Positions 10,396-21,206 of a stretch of 64,000 bases of DNA are shown here, piece by piece. The translations under genes were made by a program, and so were the position numbers. Source of the stretch: Corallochytrium limacisporum Hawaii (taxonomy: Eukaryota > Protista > Pluriformea); contig PDIP01000039.1 in assembly GCA_002811645.1 (NCBI GenBank), positions 171,061-235,060 on the forward strand, in the 5' to 3' direction. How positions within the stretch are numbered: position 1 is the stretch's first letter; every line of letters starts with the position of its first letter. The notes under the pieces are model-generated. The model was not told the origin of the DNA. It was given only the letters and a program-made list of their open reading frames with translations, and searched no databases.

Positions 10396-12777
10396 ATGAG
10401 CAAGGGAAGCGTGGCTATCTTCACCTCTGGTGGTGATGCTCAGGGCATGAACGCGGCAGTTCGCAGCGCCGCCCTCACTGCTCTATCCCATGGCGTGGAA
10501 GTGTATGTCGTGCGTGAGGGGTACCAGGGACTTGTAGATGACATCATTGAGCCTGTCGAGTGGGACGACTATTATGGTGTGATCGGTAAGGGAGGCACCG
10601 TAATCGGAACTGCTCGTTGTGAAGAATTCCGCCATCGTTCAGGTCGTATGAAAGCAGCAATGCACTTGGTTAACCGCGGCATCAATAAGCTTGTTATTGT
10701 TGGTGGTGATGGTTCTCTGACTGGTGCGGATATCTTCCGCCAAGAATGGAGTGGTCTCTTGGAAGAGCTTCATGAGAACGGGCTCATTACTGAAAATCAG
10801 AGGGAAACCTTTACACATTTGCATATGTGCGGTCTGGTTGGATCCATTGACAACGATATGTGTGGTACCGATCTGACCATTGGTGCCAACAGTGCTTTGC
10901 ATCGAATTCAGGAGGCCGTCGATGCCATTTACTCCACAGCTGCGTCTCATCAGCGCAGCTTTGTTCTGGAGGTTATGGGACGCAACTGTGGCTATCTCGC
11001 TCTTACTGCTGCGATTGCCAACGGTGCTGATTTTGTGTTAATCCCTGAATCCCCGCCGGACACGGAAGACTGGGCGGAAATGATGTGCCAGCAGGTGCAA
11101 AAGGGCCGCGCCTCCGGACGTCGCATGTCCCTGGTCATTATGGCAGAGGGTGCTGTCGATATTAAAGGCAACCGTATCGATGCAAATATGGTTAAGGCCG
11201 CTTTGGAAGATCGTCTGGGTCACGACACTAGGATCACTATTCTGGGTCATGTGCAGCGCGGTGGCCGTCCTACTGCTGTGGATCGCATGATTGCGACCGA
11301 AATGGCTTTCGAAGCTGTGAAAACAGTTCTGCAATCAAAGCCCGGAGATCCCGCTTGTTTCATCGGTATGGACAATATCGAAATGGTGAAGCGTGACCTT
11401 AAGAGCAACGTTGCTTTAACTAAGGCCGTAAACCAGGCTATGAAGGAGTTGGATTTTAAGAAGGCCGTTGAGCTACGTGGTCCTGCATTCAAGGATGATC
11501 TCAATATACTTGTGCAGGTAAACGGAGTAAGCCAGCCGGGAGACGTAGATACTATCCACAACCATCTCGGGGCCCAACGGTCATCCAACGTCAACGTTGC
11601 AAGCACCGTTCAGTTCCTGAATGCCGATGGTCAGGAAGATCACAAGTTCAGAGTCGGTATCATCTGTTGTGGCGCACCGGCCGCTGGCATGAACTCTGCC
11701 ATTCGTGGTGCTGTGCGCATGGCACTTCAGGAGGGCATGGAGGTGTACGGTATCCGTGACGGTTACTCGGGCCTTGCCGATGGGCAAATTGAACAAATGG
11801 ATTGGAAGAGTGTGGAAGGTTGGGTGAATCGTGGTGGTTGTGACCTTGGTACCAACCGGGATCTGCCGAAGCCAATCATGTTTGATATTGCTGAAAACAT
11901 CAGCCGTCATGGTATCAATGGTTTAATTATCATTGGTGGGTTTGAAGCCTATGAAGGTGCTTTGCAGATCCTCCGTGCTCGTGAGCAGTACCATCCGCTC
12001 ACCATTCCCATTGTCTGCATTCCTGCCACGATCTCCAACAATGTACCAGGTACAGAGTTCAGCCTGGGTTCTGACACTGCCCTGAATGCCATCATGGACG
12101 CAGGTGACCGTATTCGTCTCAGTGCCAGTGCATCCCGGCGTCGTGTGTTCTTTGTTGAAACCCACGGAGGCTACTGCGGCTATCTGGCTACGACTGGAGC
12201 CGTAGTTACCGGAGCAGAACGCGCGTACACGTGGGAAGAAGGTGTGAACATCCGTATGCTGCTGACCGATCTCGAACACTGCATCTCTCGTTTTGATGAA
12301 GGCAGCGACTGCGCCATCTACCTGCGCAATGAGAAGTGTTCAACTGCGTATACAATCGACTTCATGCATAAGCTTTTCGAAGCCGAGGCTGCGAAAAGAT
12401 TCACCGCTCGTTACAATGTCCTTGGTCATCTCCAGCAGGGTGGCCGACCTTCTACTCTTGACCGTGAACGCGGTACCAAGATCAGTGTCAAGGCCGTGCA
12501 GTGGATGAAGGAACGCTGTCTGCACCACTACGAAGGCTTCAAGAACCAGAAGGTCAAGGTGACTTGCAAGGGAGAGGAGGCTGCTGTCATGGCCGGTTTC
12601 ATTGGCAACGGCATTCGCTTCACAAACCTGGAAGACTGTGCGCGTCGCACAGACTTCAAGCACCGCATTCCCAAGGATCATTGGTGGCGCCGATACGAAC
12701 CCATGATCCGGATGCTTGCAAAGTACCAAGCCCTGTCGGGCAAGGAACGCCGCTCATCTCTGGCTTTCTTGGAGTAA
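10396..12777 (+). CDS. PFK: ATP-dependent 6-phosphofructokinase, eukaryotic duplicated type
   Basis: TSGGDAQGMNAAVR, GGTVIGTARC, GGDGSLTGA, GSIDND, EVMGRNCGY; second half PATISNNVPG, LGHLQQGG. C-terminal RRSS fits a PKA consensus. Confidence 0.97.
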   Translation: MSKGSVAIFTSGGDAQGMNAAVRSAALTALSHGVEVYVVREGYQGLVDDIIEPVEWDDYYGVIGKGGTVIGTARCEEFRHRSGRMKAAMHLVNRGINKLVIVGGDGSLTGADIFRQEWSGLLEELHENGLITENQRETFTHLHMCGLVGSIDNDMCGTDLTIGANSALHRIQEAVDAIYSTAASHQRSFVLEVMGRNCGYLALTAAIANGADFVLIPESPPDTEDWAEMMCQQVQKGRASGRRMSLVIMAEGAVDIKGNRIDANMVKAALEDRLGHDTRITILGHVQRGGRPTAVDRMIATEMAFEAVKTVLQSKPGDPACFIGMDNIEMVKRDLKSNVALTKAVNQAMKELDFKKAVELRGPAFKDDLNILVQVNGVSQPGDVDTIHNHLGAQRSSNVNVASTVQFLNADGQEDHKFRVGIICCGAPAAGMNSAIRGAVRMALQEGMEVYGIRDGYSGLADGQIEQMDWKSVEGWVNRGGCDLGTNRDLPKPIMFDIAENISRHGINGLIIIGGFEAYEGALQILRAREQYHPLTIPIVCIPATISNNVPGTEFSLGSDTALNAIMDAGDRIRLSASASRRRVFFVETHGGYCGYLATTGAVVTGAERAYTWEEGVNIRMLLTDLEHCISRFDEGSDCAIYLRNEKCSTAYTIDFMHKLFEAEAAKRFTARYNVLGHLQQGGRPSTLDRERGTKISVKAVQWMKERCLHHYEGFKNQKVKVTCKGEEAAVMAGFIGNGIRFTNLEDCARRTDFKHRIPKDHWWRRYEPMIRMLAKYQALSGKERRSSLAFLE

Positions 12778-12880
12778 AATGAAACAGACAGAAGGGCTCC
12801 GCACACGCAGCACTGCCTTTGTACTACTACATGCAACTACGCACTCTATTTGTTAACAACTATATGTGTTGGCAGCCTAC

Positions 12881-13465
12881 TCATTGGGGATGCCTCTCAG
12901 ACCACGCCAACCAGCTGCCGGTGAAATTCTTGACATTTACGAATCCCTTGTCAACCAGAGCCAGTCGGGCCTTCTCGCTCCGCTTACCACTGCGACAGTA
13001 CACAACTATATTGTCGTCCTTCTCGAGCTGTCCATGAAGTTGCTCTGTGTACTTTTTCTTGAGATCCGCGGCATTAAGGTCGACGACATCGCCCAGAGGA
13101 ACATTTTCTGCTTTTGGAATAGCGCCAGCAGCAAACTCATCTGGCTCCCGGACGTCAATGAAATGGAAGTCGACCTCTGCACCCTTCGACTTAATGAGCT
13201 TCTCCACGGTCTCAATGTCAATGTGCAGATTATCATCCCGATCGAAGAAGTCCTGCCAGTCCTCACTTCCTGTGCTGTATGCGAATTGCTGAGGAGTCCA
13301 ACGCTGGTACTGCAAGGGACGCAAACGAGCAGTCACTGCTGGGGTCATCAGCATGGGCTGAGACAGTATGCGGTATGCGTGACGTGCAAAAATAGTCTGG
13401 TTCCTGACCACAGGGCGCAGAGCACCCAGCGGCCTCAGCCTTGTAAGCATTCGCAAAGCGGACAT
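12881..13465 (-). CDS. Single-domain rhodanese/sulfurtransferase with probable mitochondrial presequence
   Basis: IDVREPDEFAAGAIP, VYCRSGKRS active loop, FTGSWLAW. Arg/Leu-rich, acid-free N-terminus from MSALRML (ATG 13465; alternative 13513). Confidence 0.9.
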   Translation of the reverse strand: MSALRMLTRLRPLGALRPVVRNQTIFARHAYRILSQPMLMTPAVTARLRPLQYQRWTPQQFAYSTGSEDWQDFFDRDDNLHIDIETVEKLIKSKGAEVDFHFIDVREPDEFAAGAIPKAENVPLGDVVDLNAADLKKKYTEQLHGQLEKDDNIVVYCRSGKRSEKARLALVDKGFVNVKNFTGSWLAWSERHPQ

Positions 13466-13929
13466 TGTTGATATATCTTGGGTTGATCTCCTTGGTATGG
13501 TTGTCTGTTTCATATGTGCAATCTAAATTAGGCTTTGACATAAACACCTTCATTGGGTAACAGCACACAGGTGCACTGGGAGCCCACCAAGTCGACAAAC
13601 TCAGTTGCAGTCTACAAAGGATGGGAAACCCGCTCCCGTACGGGCCCCGTGACGAGTACGTGTTTGTGTGTGTGTGTGTGTGCTTTTGCTAACCACAGCC
13701 CGTCGCAACAATTCCGGTACACTTGAAACCCGGAAGTAAATATACCCGTTTGTGAACAGTGGGGGCCTAAGTTGAGCAGGGAAAGGGCTTTTTGGTTGTG
13801 GGGGGACGGATTGGAGGGTACTTCAGTGGGAACTGTGATCGTGTCGGTCGTTCCGAATCATTGGCCGGTCGTAAACGTACCACTAACGCCCTGTTTGCAA
13901 CCATGTGGATGTGACATACAGAAAGGAGT

Positions 13930-14427
13930 ATGGATGCAAACAAGAAGCAGGAGGTAAAGGAAATCCCTCTCTTGAAAACAAAAGCCGGGCCTTCTGATGC
14001 ACAGGACTGGGTTACACGCCTTAAGGAAGAGTACGGTGCTTTGATCAAGTACATTGAACTGAACAAAGCCAGGAATAATGATTGGTTTAATATAACAAGC
14101 ACAGAAGACGGACTAAACTGGTCAGGAAAGTGCTGGGTGTACTACAATCATCAGAAGTACATGGTAGAGTTCAACTTTGAGATCCCGGCCCTGTATCCTA
14201 CTGTACCACCGGAGATTAAAGTCGAAAGCTTGGACGGTTTGACAGCGAAAATGTACCGGGGAGGCGCCATTTGTCTGAGCGATCACTTCAAACCGCTGTG
14301 GAGCCGGAATATTCCACGCTTTGGAATTGCACAGGCCGTAGCTCTGGGCCTAGGACCATGGATCGCGGTTGAGCTACCCTTGTTGGCGGACAAAAACTTG
14401 ATCCAGCCAACGACGGAAGAGTCATGA
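13930..14427 (+). CDS. UFC1: Ufm1-conjugating enzyme (E2)
   Basis: IPLLKTKAGP, RLKEEYGALIKY, LDGLTAKMYRGGAICLSDHFKPLW (TAK motif plus catalytic Cys), ALGLGPW. Confidence 0.96.
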   Translation: MDANKKQEVKEIPLLKTKAGPSDAQDWVTRLKEEYGALIKYIELNKARNNDWFNITSTEDGLNWSGKCWVYYNHQKYMVEFNFEIPALYPTVPPEIKVESLDGLTAKMYRGGAICLSDHFKPLWSRNIPRFGIAQAVALGLGPWIAVELPLLADKNLIQPTTEES

Positions 14428-14471
14428 CAGATGTTCCTGTGAAATATATTCTGTGTATATGTGTATATGTT

Positions 14472-14497
14472 GTGTGTGTGTGTGTGTGTGTGTGTGT
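14472..14497. repeat. (GT)n microsatellite between the convergent UFC1 and KAT14 3' ends
   Basis: Direct reading. Confidence 0.9.
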
Positions 14498-14518
14498 AAG
14501 GAATCGGTGAATTGCAGT

Positions 14519-17500
14519 TCAAGACAAGGGGCGACGCAAACGCATGAAGAACGCATCGGCACATTCGTTCGATCCGGCTGGGTAGAAATGGGAGTAGAAT
14601 CCGGGGATAAACTCTTCGGGCTTGAAGCCAAATCGTTGGTAGAGGACCATGGCCGAGTTTGTGAGGCTAACATGAAGTGTGATGTCCTTGTCCATGACCC
14701 GCTGGCACAAATAGTAGATCATGAAACTGGCAATACCAGAGTGGCGGTAGTCTGGATGCACACAAAGGTGCGTGATGTAGCCAGCGGGTGTGATGAATCC
14801 ACAACCAATAATCAGGCGCTTGTACAAACAAACAACTGAGTAATCTGGGTACTGCAGGGAGTCTTCCATGTCGATACCATGCCACATAAATGCCCGCAGC
14901 AGTTCATTAATCGCAGGAATATGACTGGAACGGACATGAACGTATTCAATTGGTGCAAACTCATCTGCAGTATCATCCTCTGACAGACCCATAATCTTGC
15001 CCCGCATGCGCACAGTATCAAGACATTGCAATTTCGGCGGTCGAGTGGTATAGTCTCGCCAAATGAACGGTCTCAGAGTCTTGCCAGTATACGGCGAGAC
15101 GATGGGTACTGCTCCCAGAGCAGCGGATGCAGTAGACGGACCTTCATTGAGCAGAGCGAAGCGCAACATCTGAATGTTCTGTCGGTTGTCTGCCTTCATC
15201 AGACTGAGATCTTGCAGACTATCGAGCTGTGCCTGACCGTTGAGTGCCAATAGCTCCTTCGAACGCATCCTCGTGGAACGATCGAACAGACCGTCGCGCG
15301 GAGCCGGGTGGTGAGTGATGCGTCGAGCATCCGGTCCCTCATACCACTGTGTCCTATTCATCATGCTCGCCATGTACTCTGTAATGCTGAAGGGTTGGCC
15401 CCCTTTCATACGCTTCAGTTGCCGCAGACTAAGCTTGCGGTGCAAACGTGCCAACATTGGACTGGAATACACATTGTACATCTGGATCAAATGACGTAGC
15501 ACGATGCTTTCTTCCACGGGACCAACGGTGGTTGCAGCGGCGATAGCAAACATGTTTTCCAGCGGGATCTGTTGCTGTCCCAGATGATCTCCTGCACCAT
15601 GGCCCATACCGAAAGGTGCAGTGCCGTCTAGATATGCGTGAGGGTCAGAAGCACCCATCATGAGCTGAGCATCCACTCCGGTGCTGAACGGTTGGTCGAC
15701 GTGGAAGTCTGGCTCCGGTACATCTGGCACCTCTCCGAGCATTTGAGAGGTCGTGCGGCGCCTAGCAGAGCCACGCCCCTTCTTTGCCTTCTTCTTCGCC
15801 TTGCCCTTGGCCTTCGCCTTCTTCTTGGAGGGAGGCGGCGGCTCATTGGCCTTAGGATTTAGAATGCGGTTGATGACAACTTGTGCCAAGGTGTCATTTC
15901 CACTAATCTCGATTAACTTCTGCATAGCTGTGTCGTCGCCCGCAGAAGCCAATGGGGCCAGATGGCGGTACAAGACCTCGTTCATTTCTGTGGTGTCTCC
16001 TTTACACAGGCTAAGTAAGCGCTTCTCAGCCTTGCCTTCCTTACGGAGGGCGTACGGGGCCAAGGCCTTCTTGAGTTCCATGTGTGCGGCCGCTTCGCCT
16101 CCACAAAGAGCGATGAGCTCTTGCATACTCTCCACTGTGATGTCACCAGCAGCGATTTGTTCAGAGAGCATTTTGATCTTCTCAGTTTTTTTCTTACGGC
16201 CACGCTTACGAGGACCGGTGGCAACAGCGTCTACAGCGGAGCGATCGGACGCTTGACTTACTGTGCGTGCTCTTGTGACTCTTGTGGGAGCTTGCAACGG
16301 CAGTTTTGCCTTTTCCTTCGTCGGCTTGGCAGCCTTGACCTTCACACTAGCCTTCTTCGAGACCGCAGCACCTGCTTCCTTCTTGGCAGAGGCAGTGGCG
16401 CGTTCTTTCTCTTCACGCTGTTTGCGCCGCTCTTCGCGACGCTTTCGTTTTTCTTCCTTGACCCTGGCTTTCTCTTTGCGAAGTTCTTCCAGTTTCTTCC
16501 GCTTAGCCTCCAGCTTTTCTTTGCGGCGCTTCGCCTTGGCCTCCTCTGCCAGTTTCAGTTTTGCTTCTCTCCTTTCCGCGCGTGCTTTGCGCTTTTCTTC
16601 GAGATTCCTTACGCGCTCTTCTTCCTTTTTGCGCTTCTTCTCTTCGCGCAGGGCGCGTTTCTCCTGACGAATCCTTTCCTTTTCTTCTTCTCTAGCCTGA
16701 CGCTCTGCTTGAGCCTGTGCGGCACTTTCAGCACTCTCACCGGTATCCTGTGTGGTCTGACCTCTCAGGCGGGCGATGTGTTCTCTGATCTGTGCTACTT
16801 TCTCGATACGACCTTTGATACCGGGCGGTGGAGGTGCATCCACGATCAAAGACCACCAACCAGCAGCATGTAGGACTTCATTGCCACTGATAAAGACTTT
16901 GCGGTTAGCAGTCAAAGTTGAGGCTACACGATTCGCCCAATTTTTGGACCTTGTACGACCGGGCATGTAATATTCCCAATCGTTATCAATGACTCCTACA
17001 ATATCTCTGAACTTGTGCCACTTACGACCGTCAGCATCACGCACCTTGAGCTTCTTTTTCACTGATTCGGGGTACCGACCGTGAATCATATTGAAGATAA
17101 CGACATGCGCCAAATCGATCCAAGCAACAGGGGCTCGCTCAAGATATTCATGGCCGTCGCCGCACACGCTACACAGGAACCACCAGTAGTGATCACCAAA
17201 GGCTAAAATGCATTTTGCACGACTGGGCTGCATACAGCCTTTGTGAAACCATTGATTACAGCTCAGGCACTTAACCATGGCTTCTGTATGGGTCCGGTCT
17301 TTACCACAATAACAGTATTGCTCTTGTTCGTTCTTGAAGCCATTGTCATCCCATTTCAAGGCCTTGAGATCGTAAGGAAACTCTTTCGGGCCTTCAGGAT
17401 CATCCTCATGACAGACAGCACCACGTTCTTCCGCAGCCCACTTTCTGTATTCTTCTGCGGTGACCTCTTCTTCAACTCCATTCTCTCTTTTGATAATATA

Positions 17501-18046
17501 TACCTGGTCTCTGGTAGCTTGTTTTCCATTGCCTGTGGTGGTTGAGGACCCAGCAGCAGCTGTAGAATGCCCGTTTGTTGAACCTTTCGCCCGCGTATCG
17601 CTGTTGTTTGCCATGTCTTTCGCTGCCGCTTTGCCGCCCTGCTTACCTCCCTGCTTACCGCCTTGCTTTCCTCCTTGCTTTCCTCCTTGCTTTCCTCCTT
17701 GTTTTCCACCTTTACCTCTGCTGCCTTGACTTGTTGGTTCAGACGTATCAGGTTTCGGAGGCTCAGATGCCTGTTCAGGCTCTTCTGTTACTGTAGGCAT
17801 ATTCTTGCTTCCCTTTCCAGATCCTTTGCCACTGGCAGGTTTACGCGTAGGGCTACTTTCCCTGTTTGCATTTGCCGCACTGCTGCCACTGGCGCTGCGG
17901 GTTCGCTTCCCAGTTGCCTGTTCGTTAGAACCCGACACGCCTGCATCGGAAGCTTGGCTCCTAGTCCTTTTCCGTGCAATAGTTTCAGCATTTTCAGGAC
18001 TTTGATCAGGGCCTTCTTCTTTAAATTTAGCTCTTGTTGAAACCAT
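14519..18046 (-). CDS. KAT14: PHD-finger + GNAT acetyltransferase, KAT14/CSRP2BP (ATAC2)-like
   Basis: YCYCG..MVKCLSCNQWFH..FLCSVC PHD, Lys/Glu coiled coil, SPYTGKTLRPFIWRD, and C-terminal GNAT (YPDYSVVCLYKRLIIGCGF, VHPDYRHSGIASFMIY, LHVSLTNSAMVLYQRFGFK, AFFMRLRR). Confidence 0.9.
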   Translation of the reverse strand: MVSTRAKFKEEGPDQSPENAETIARKRTRSQASDAGVSGSNEQATGKRTRSASGSSAANANRESSPTRKPASGKGSGKGSKNMPTVTEEPEQASEPPKPDTSEPTSQGSRGKGGKQGGKQGGKQGGKQGGKQGGKQGGKAAAKDMANNSDTRAKGSTNGHSTAAAGSSTTTGNGKQATRDQVYIIKRENGVEEEVTAEEYRKWAAEERGAVCHEDDPEGPKEFPYDLKALKWDDNGFKNEQEQYCYCGKDRTHTEAMVKCLSCNQWFHKGCMQPSRAKCILAFGDHYWWFLCSVCGDGHEYLERAPVAWIDLAHVVIFNMIHGRYPESVKKKLKVRDADGRKWHKFRDIVGVIDNDWEYYMPGRTRSKNWANRVASTLTANRKVFISGNEVLHAAGWWSLIVDAPPPPGIKGRIEKVAQIREHIARLRGQTTQDTGESAESAAQAQAERQAREEEKERIRQEKRALREEKKRKKEEERVRNLEEKRKARAERREAKLKLAEEAKAKRRKEKLEAKRKKLEELRKEKARVKEEKRKRREERRKQREEKERATASAKKEAGAAVSKKASVKVKAAKPTKEKAKLPLQAPTRVTRARTVSQASDRSAVDAVATGPRKRGRKKKTEKIKMLSEQIAAGDITVESMQELIALCGGEAAAHMELKKALAPYALRKEGKAEKRLLSLCKGDTTEMNEVLYRHLAPLASAGDDTAMQKLIEISGNDTLAQVVINRILNPKANEPPPPSKKKAKAKGKAKKKAKKGRGSARRRTTSQMLGEVPDVPEPDFHVDQPFSTGVDAQLMMGASDPHAYLDGTAPFGMGHGAGDHLGQQQIPLENMFAIAAATTVGPVEESIVLRHLIQMYNVYSSPMLARLHRKLSLRQLKRMKGGQPFSITEYMASMMNRTQWYEGPDARRITHHPAPRDGLFDRSTRMRSKELLALNGQAQLDSLQDLSLMKADNRQNIQMLRFALLNEGPSTASAALGAVPIVSPYTGKTLRPFIWRDYTTRPPKLQCLDTVRMRGKIMGLSEDDTADEFAPIEYVHVRSSHIPAINELLRAFMWHGIDMEDSLQYPDYSVVCLYKRLIIGCGFITPAGYITHLCVHPDYRHSGIASFMIYYLCQRVMDKDITLHVSLTNSAMVLYQRFGFKPEEFIPGFYSHFYPAGSNECADAFFMRLRRPLS
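17630..17713 (-). repeat. 12-bp coding tandem repeat, about 7 x GGKQ
   Basis: Translation KGGKQGGKQGGKQGGKQGGKQGGKQGGK; plus-strand units ccttgctttcct. Confidence 0.9.
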
Positions 18047-18779
18047 ATTTAGTGATCTCTTGTAGTGTACTCGTAAAATGAATAGTTCTTCTTACATTAT
18101 GAAATCGAAATAGATCGCAGTATTCTAAAAATGTGAACCGGGAATTCAACCCCATGGAATGGATATCACTCCATTAAAAATTGTATTAAAATCATTACGT
18201 ACTGCAATGAATAAAGTAGCTCAAGTCCTTTGTTTAGCTTTACAGGGTCAAGAGGGTTCTTGCTGCACCACGCCCCGGCCCTCGAAAATGAGCGACGTGC
18301 CGGAGTCTCCCGGCTAGGTCCCCAGACCCAGATAGGTCCCGAAAAATCTCCAGCTCACACATCCCATACAAAATATTCTGTAATTCGAACCTATGTTTCA
18401 ACACTACCCCAGGATACTCTCCCGTAGTTCCAACCAAGTCGTTAAGGAATTTTCGATGCCAGTGGAGGGTCTTTGCGTGTACACGGGAGAGCGACAGGGG
18501 GAGACTACACACAAAAAAAAATTGGAAGAACTCGCGCCACACACAACGAGACCCGATCTCTCCAAACAAAACAAAAAAATCGAGGCAAATTTTTCACAAA
18601 AAAAAACTTACCTTCTTCGCTTGGAGCTGCTTAATTTCGCCAATTTCTAGGGGCAGTAATGAGAGCTTTCCCGTGTTTTCCCAACCGCCATTTGCCCAGT
18701 GAAGCCCTGCGGACTTATTTCTGGGAATTTCGGACTGGCCGCCACGTCCCTTGGGCCATGCTTTTCGACCGAGAATCCG

Positions 18780-18792
18780 GTACTTTCAGTAC
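18780..18792 (+). promoter_or_regulatory. Recurrent intergenic dyad motif GTACTTTCAGTAC (representative copy)
   Basis: The same 12-mer GTACTTTCAGTA recurs at 19118, 43029 and (reverse complement) within 21502-21514; variants are listed in findings. Confidence 0.55.
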
Positions 18793-19304
18793 CGGAGGGT
18801 AAGTTTCCGTGTGGGGCTTCGAGCTGGCGCCGAACTGGGTCCTCCCTTCCCTGGCGGGGGGAGGCGGGGTGAGGGGGCATGTGAACGGAGTCCATTTTCC
18901 CTCAAAAAAAAGAACACATTTGCGCGGTGTCTCCCATATCGATATTCCGCAGTTACCAGTACTTTAACTATGGGAAGAGGATCCGGGAGGAGAAGTGTGT
19001 TTCTGGAGAGGTGCTTTTTGGTCCACCGCGTGTTGTGTGTGTTTCAATACATTCAGTATGGACACGGGAAAGCACCAGGGTGAGAGCGAACTGGGCTGGT
19101 TGGGACCCTGGAAAACAGTACTTTCAGTATTGGTGGATGAATTTCACACACAACGGAACCTACCCGGTGTGAGGGTTTTGGAGGGAAATATTCAAACGCT
19201 ACGGAACCCGGCTCAGACCCAGTGCGCGCAGTGTGTCGGAGAGCCTAGACGGTCATTCACGGTGGTCGATTTGCGCATCGATGGTGTAGATAATACGGAA
19301 TATA

Positions 19305-21206
19305 TTACAATGCATTCGCTTCCCTTTCCACGAGAGAATTTATACCAATTTCTGCATAGGAACCGTCCTGTGTGCGCACTGCAACTCCGTCCTTGTTGAT
19401 GACGACAACGCTGGTGCCAAACTTGTACAACGGCAGTCCCTGATGGGTGCGGCCTGGAATTGGGGTAAAGAGGATGCCTCGAGACTCGGCAGTGCGATGG
19501 AGATAATCTTTCAAGGTTGCTCCATCAGCAAGCGACCGTTCAATGCCATCATTTCCTCCCCGCGCACTCTCCTTTGCCCGCTTTGCCTGACCATTCTGAT
19601 TTTGGACCAGAACATTCACATTGCCGTTGAGCAGGACGTCTATGGTGAGCAAAACCTCCGAGAACACATCACGTACAGATCGATGCTGTATGATTCTCGG
19701 CTCCGCAAGTCCACGCGCCCTGCGATAGAATACCAAGATGTCACTCTTCCCGAATCCACTACTAATCATATTCTGGGTGCGGTCACGCACGTACGGCATG
19801 AATTCGAGATCCATGACGCGGGCAAGCAAGGTGGATCCGGTAACCTGTACAAGAGCAGGCAGGACGCTCAAGAGCTTCTCTTCAGCCTCCATATCATCTT
19901 CATCCCGGATTTTCCTCAGCAACATCGTATACTCTGGTAGAAGTAGTTTGGTCACTACCGCCTTCCACCGTCTCGTCTCAACAATGGTCACCCAAGGGGT
20001 GAGCATGGCCAAAGTCTCAGGTGAAAGTGCACGATTGTTCGAATCCTCCGGTATCATGGTCTCCCATGTCGACAGAACTAGGTCGATAGCCGGCTGCATT
20101 GCATCGTCCAAGACAGGCAGCCATGGGAGAATTGATTTGTTCACACAGCTAAGTACATCGCTCCAATGCATTTGTCTTAGAAGACTCTCAAGCCTTGCAC
20201 AAAGCACGGTTGCAATTGTCAATCGGCAATGGCTCGTCAGATAGTCTCGCATGTGACGTATTCTATCAATGATCAGATTGTCGGGAGTAATTTCTTCTCG
20301 AGTCCCAACAAGCAACGCCATTGGCTGTGCAAAAGTCAGGAACACAAGATTTGCCATGGAGTCATCGGCCCATTGCTCATCACCACCACTGATGCTCCTG
20401 AGAACTGCATAAGCGTCTGGTAAAGCAGCCAGATATGCTTCAAACAAACCGTCGTCACTAAGGCTCCCGTCAGTTAATTGGAGCTTCTCTTCTAGCACTT
20501 CGATCAAACGTTCCGATTTCTTTAAGATGTGTGCCTCGGCCGAATCTTCCTTGACTCTATGCCTCACTTGGCTCAGTGTACTCGTCTGATTGTCTTTGTC
20601 CACCTCCATGTCCTCATAAATCTCACTAATGAGATTTTCCACCTCATGCTTCATGTCTTCGGGATCAATCTCGAGAGCCTTGGAGTCGCTCAGCAACTCC
20701 TCTTCAGTTGACAGCTTTCGCACTTGCTTCGCTGCAAGTGCCTCCAGAGGTTCATGGAGTCCAAGACCACCCAGTTTGCTTCCAAGTCCTGCTTGAAACG
20801 CATGTGTATCTTCCCTGGAGCCATCATCAACGCCCGCAAATCCTAATCCCACACCTTGTGGACGCAAGCTCGCTTCTATCGGCTTCGAGATTCCCGTTCT
20901 CCCCTTGCCCAGACCTTTGCCCGGTTGATATCCCATTTTCGCCAGCAGTTTGGATCCTATCCCTTTCGTGTGTGTCTCCCAGGAACCAGTACCAGCCTGA
21001 TCATTTAACCCGGGAGCACTTTTCGATAAGTCCTCGGAGCGTGATCCAAGGCCACCACGGCTGTGTTCGTTACCAATGCGAGGGCGTTGAACGTCATCGT
21101 CGGAGTTACTAGCTATTGACTCACTGCTAACGGATTCAGCACTATTCCGATGCGTTCGTCTGCGCTTACGTAGATTAACTTCTTCGTCGGAACTTGAGTA
21201 AGCCAT
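19305..21206 (-). CDS. TFIP11: G-patch spliceosome disassembly factor, TFIP11/Ntr1-like (divergent)
   Basis: WETHTKGIGSKLLAKMGYQPGKGLGK...GVGLGF G-patch; C-terminal LKDYLHRTAESRGILFTPIPGRTHQGLPLYKFG as in TFIP11. Confidence 0.8.
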   Translation of the reverse strand: MAYSSSDEEVNLRKRRRTHRNSAESVSSESIASNSDDDVQRPRIGNEHSRGGLGSRSEDLSKSAPGLNDQAGTGSWETHTKGIGSKLLAKMGYQPGKGLGKGRTGISKPIEASLRPQGVGLGFAGVDDGSREDTHAFQAGLGSKLGGLGLHEPLEALAAKQVRKLSTEEELLSDSKALEIDPEDMKHEVENLISEIYEDMEVDKDNQTSTLSQVRHRVKEDSAEAHILKKSERLIEVLEEKLQLTDGSLSDDGLFEAYLAALPDAYAVLRSISGGDEQWADDSMANLVFLTFAQPMALLVGTREEITPDNLIIDRIRHMRDYLTSHCRLTIATVLCARLESLLRQMHWSDVLSCVNKSILPWLPVLDDAMQPAIDLVLSTWETMIPEDSNNRALSPETLAMLTPWVTIVETRRWKAVVTKLLLPEYTMLLRKIRDEDDMEAEEKLLSVLPALVQVTGSTLLARVMDLEFMPYVRDRTQNMISSGFGKSDILVFYRRARGLAEPRIIQHRSVRDVFSEVLLTIDVLLNGNVNVLVQNQNGQAKRAKESARGGNDGIERSLADGATLKDYLHRTAESRGILFTPIPGRTHQGLPLYKFGTSVVVINKDGVAVRTQDGSYAEIGINSLVEREANAL

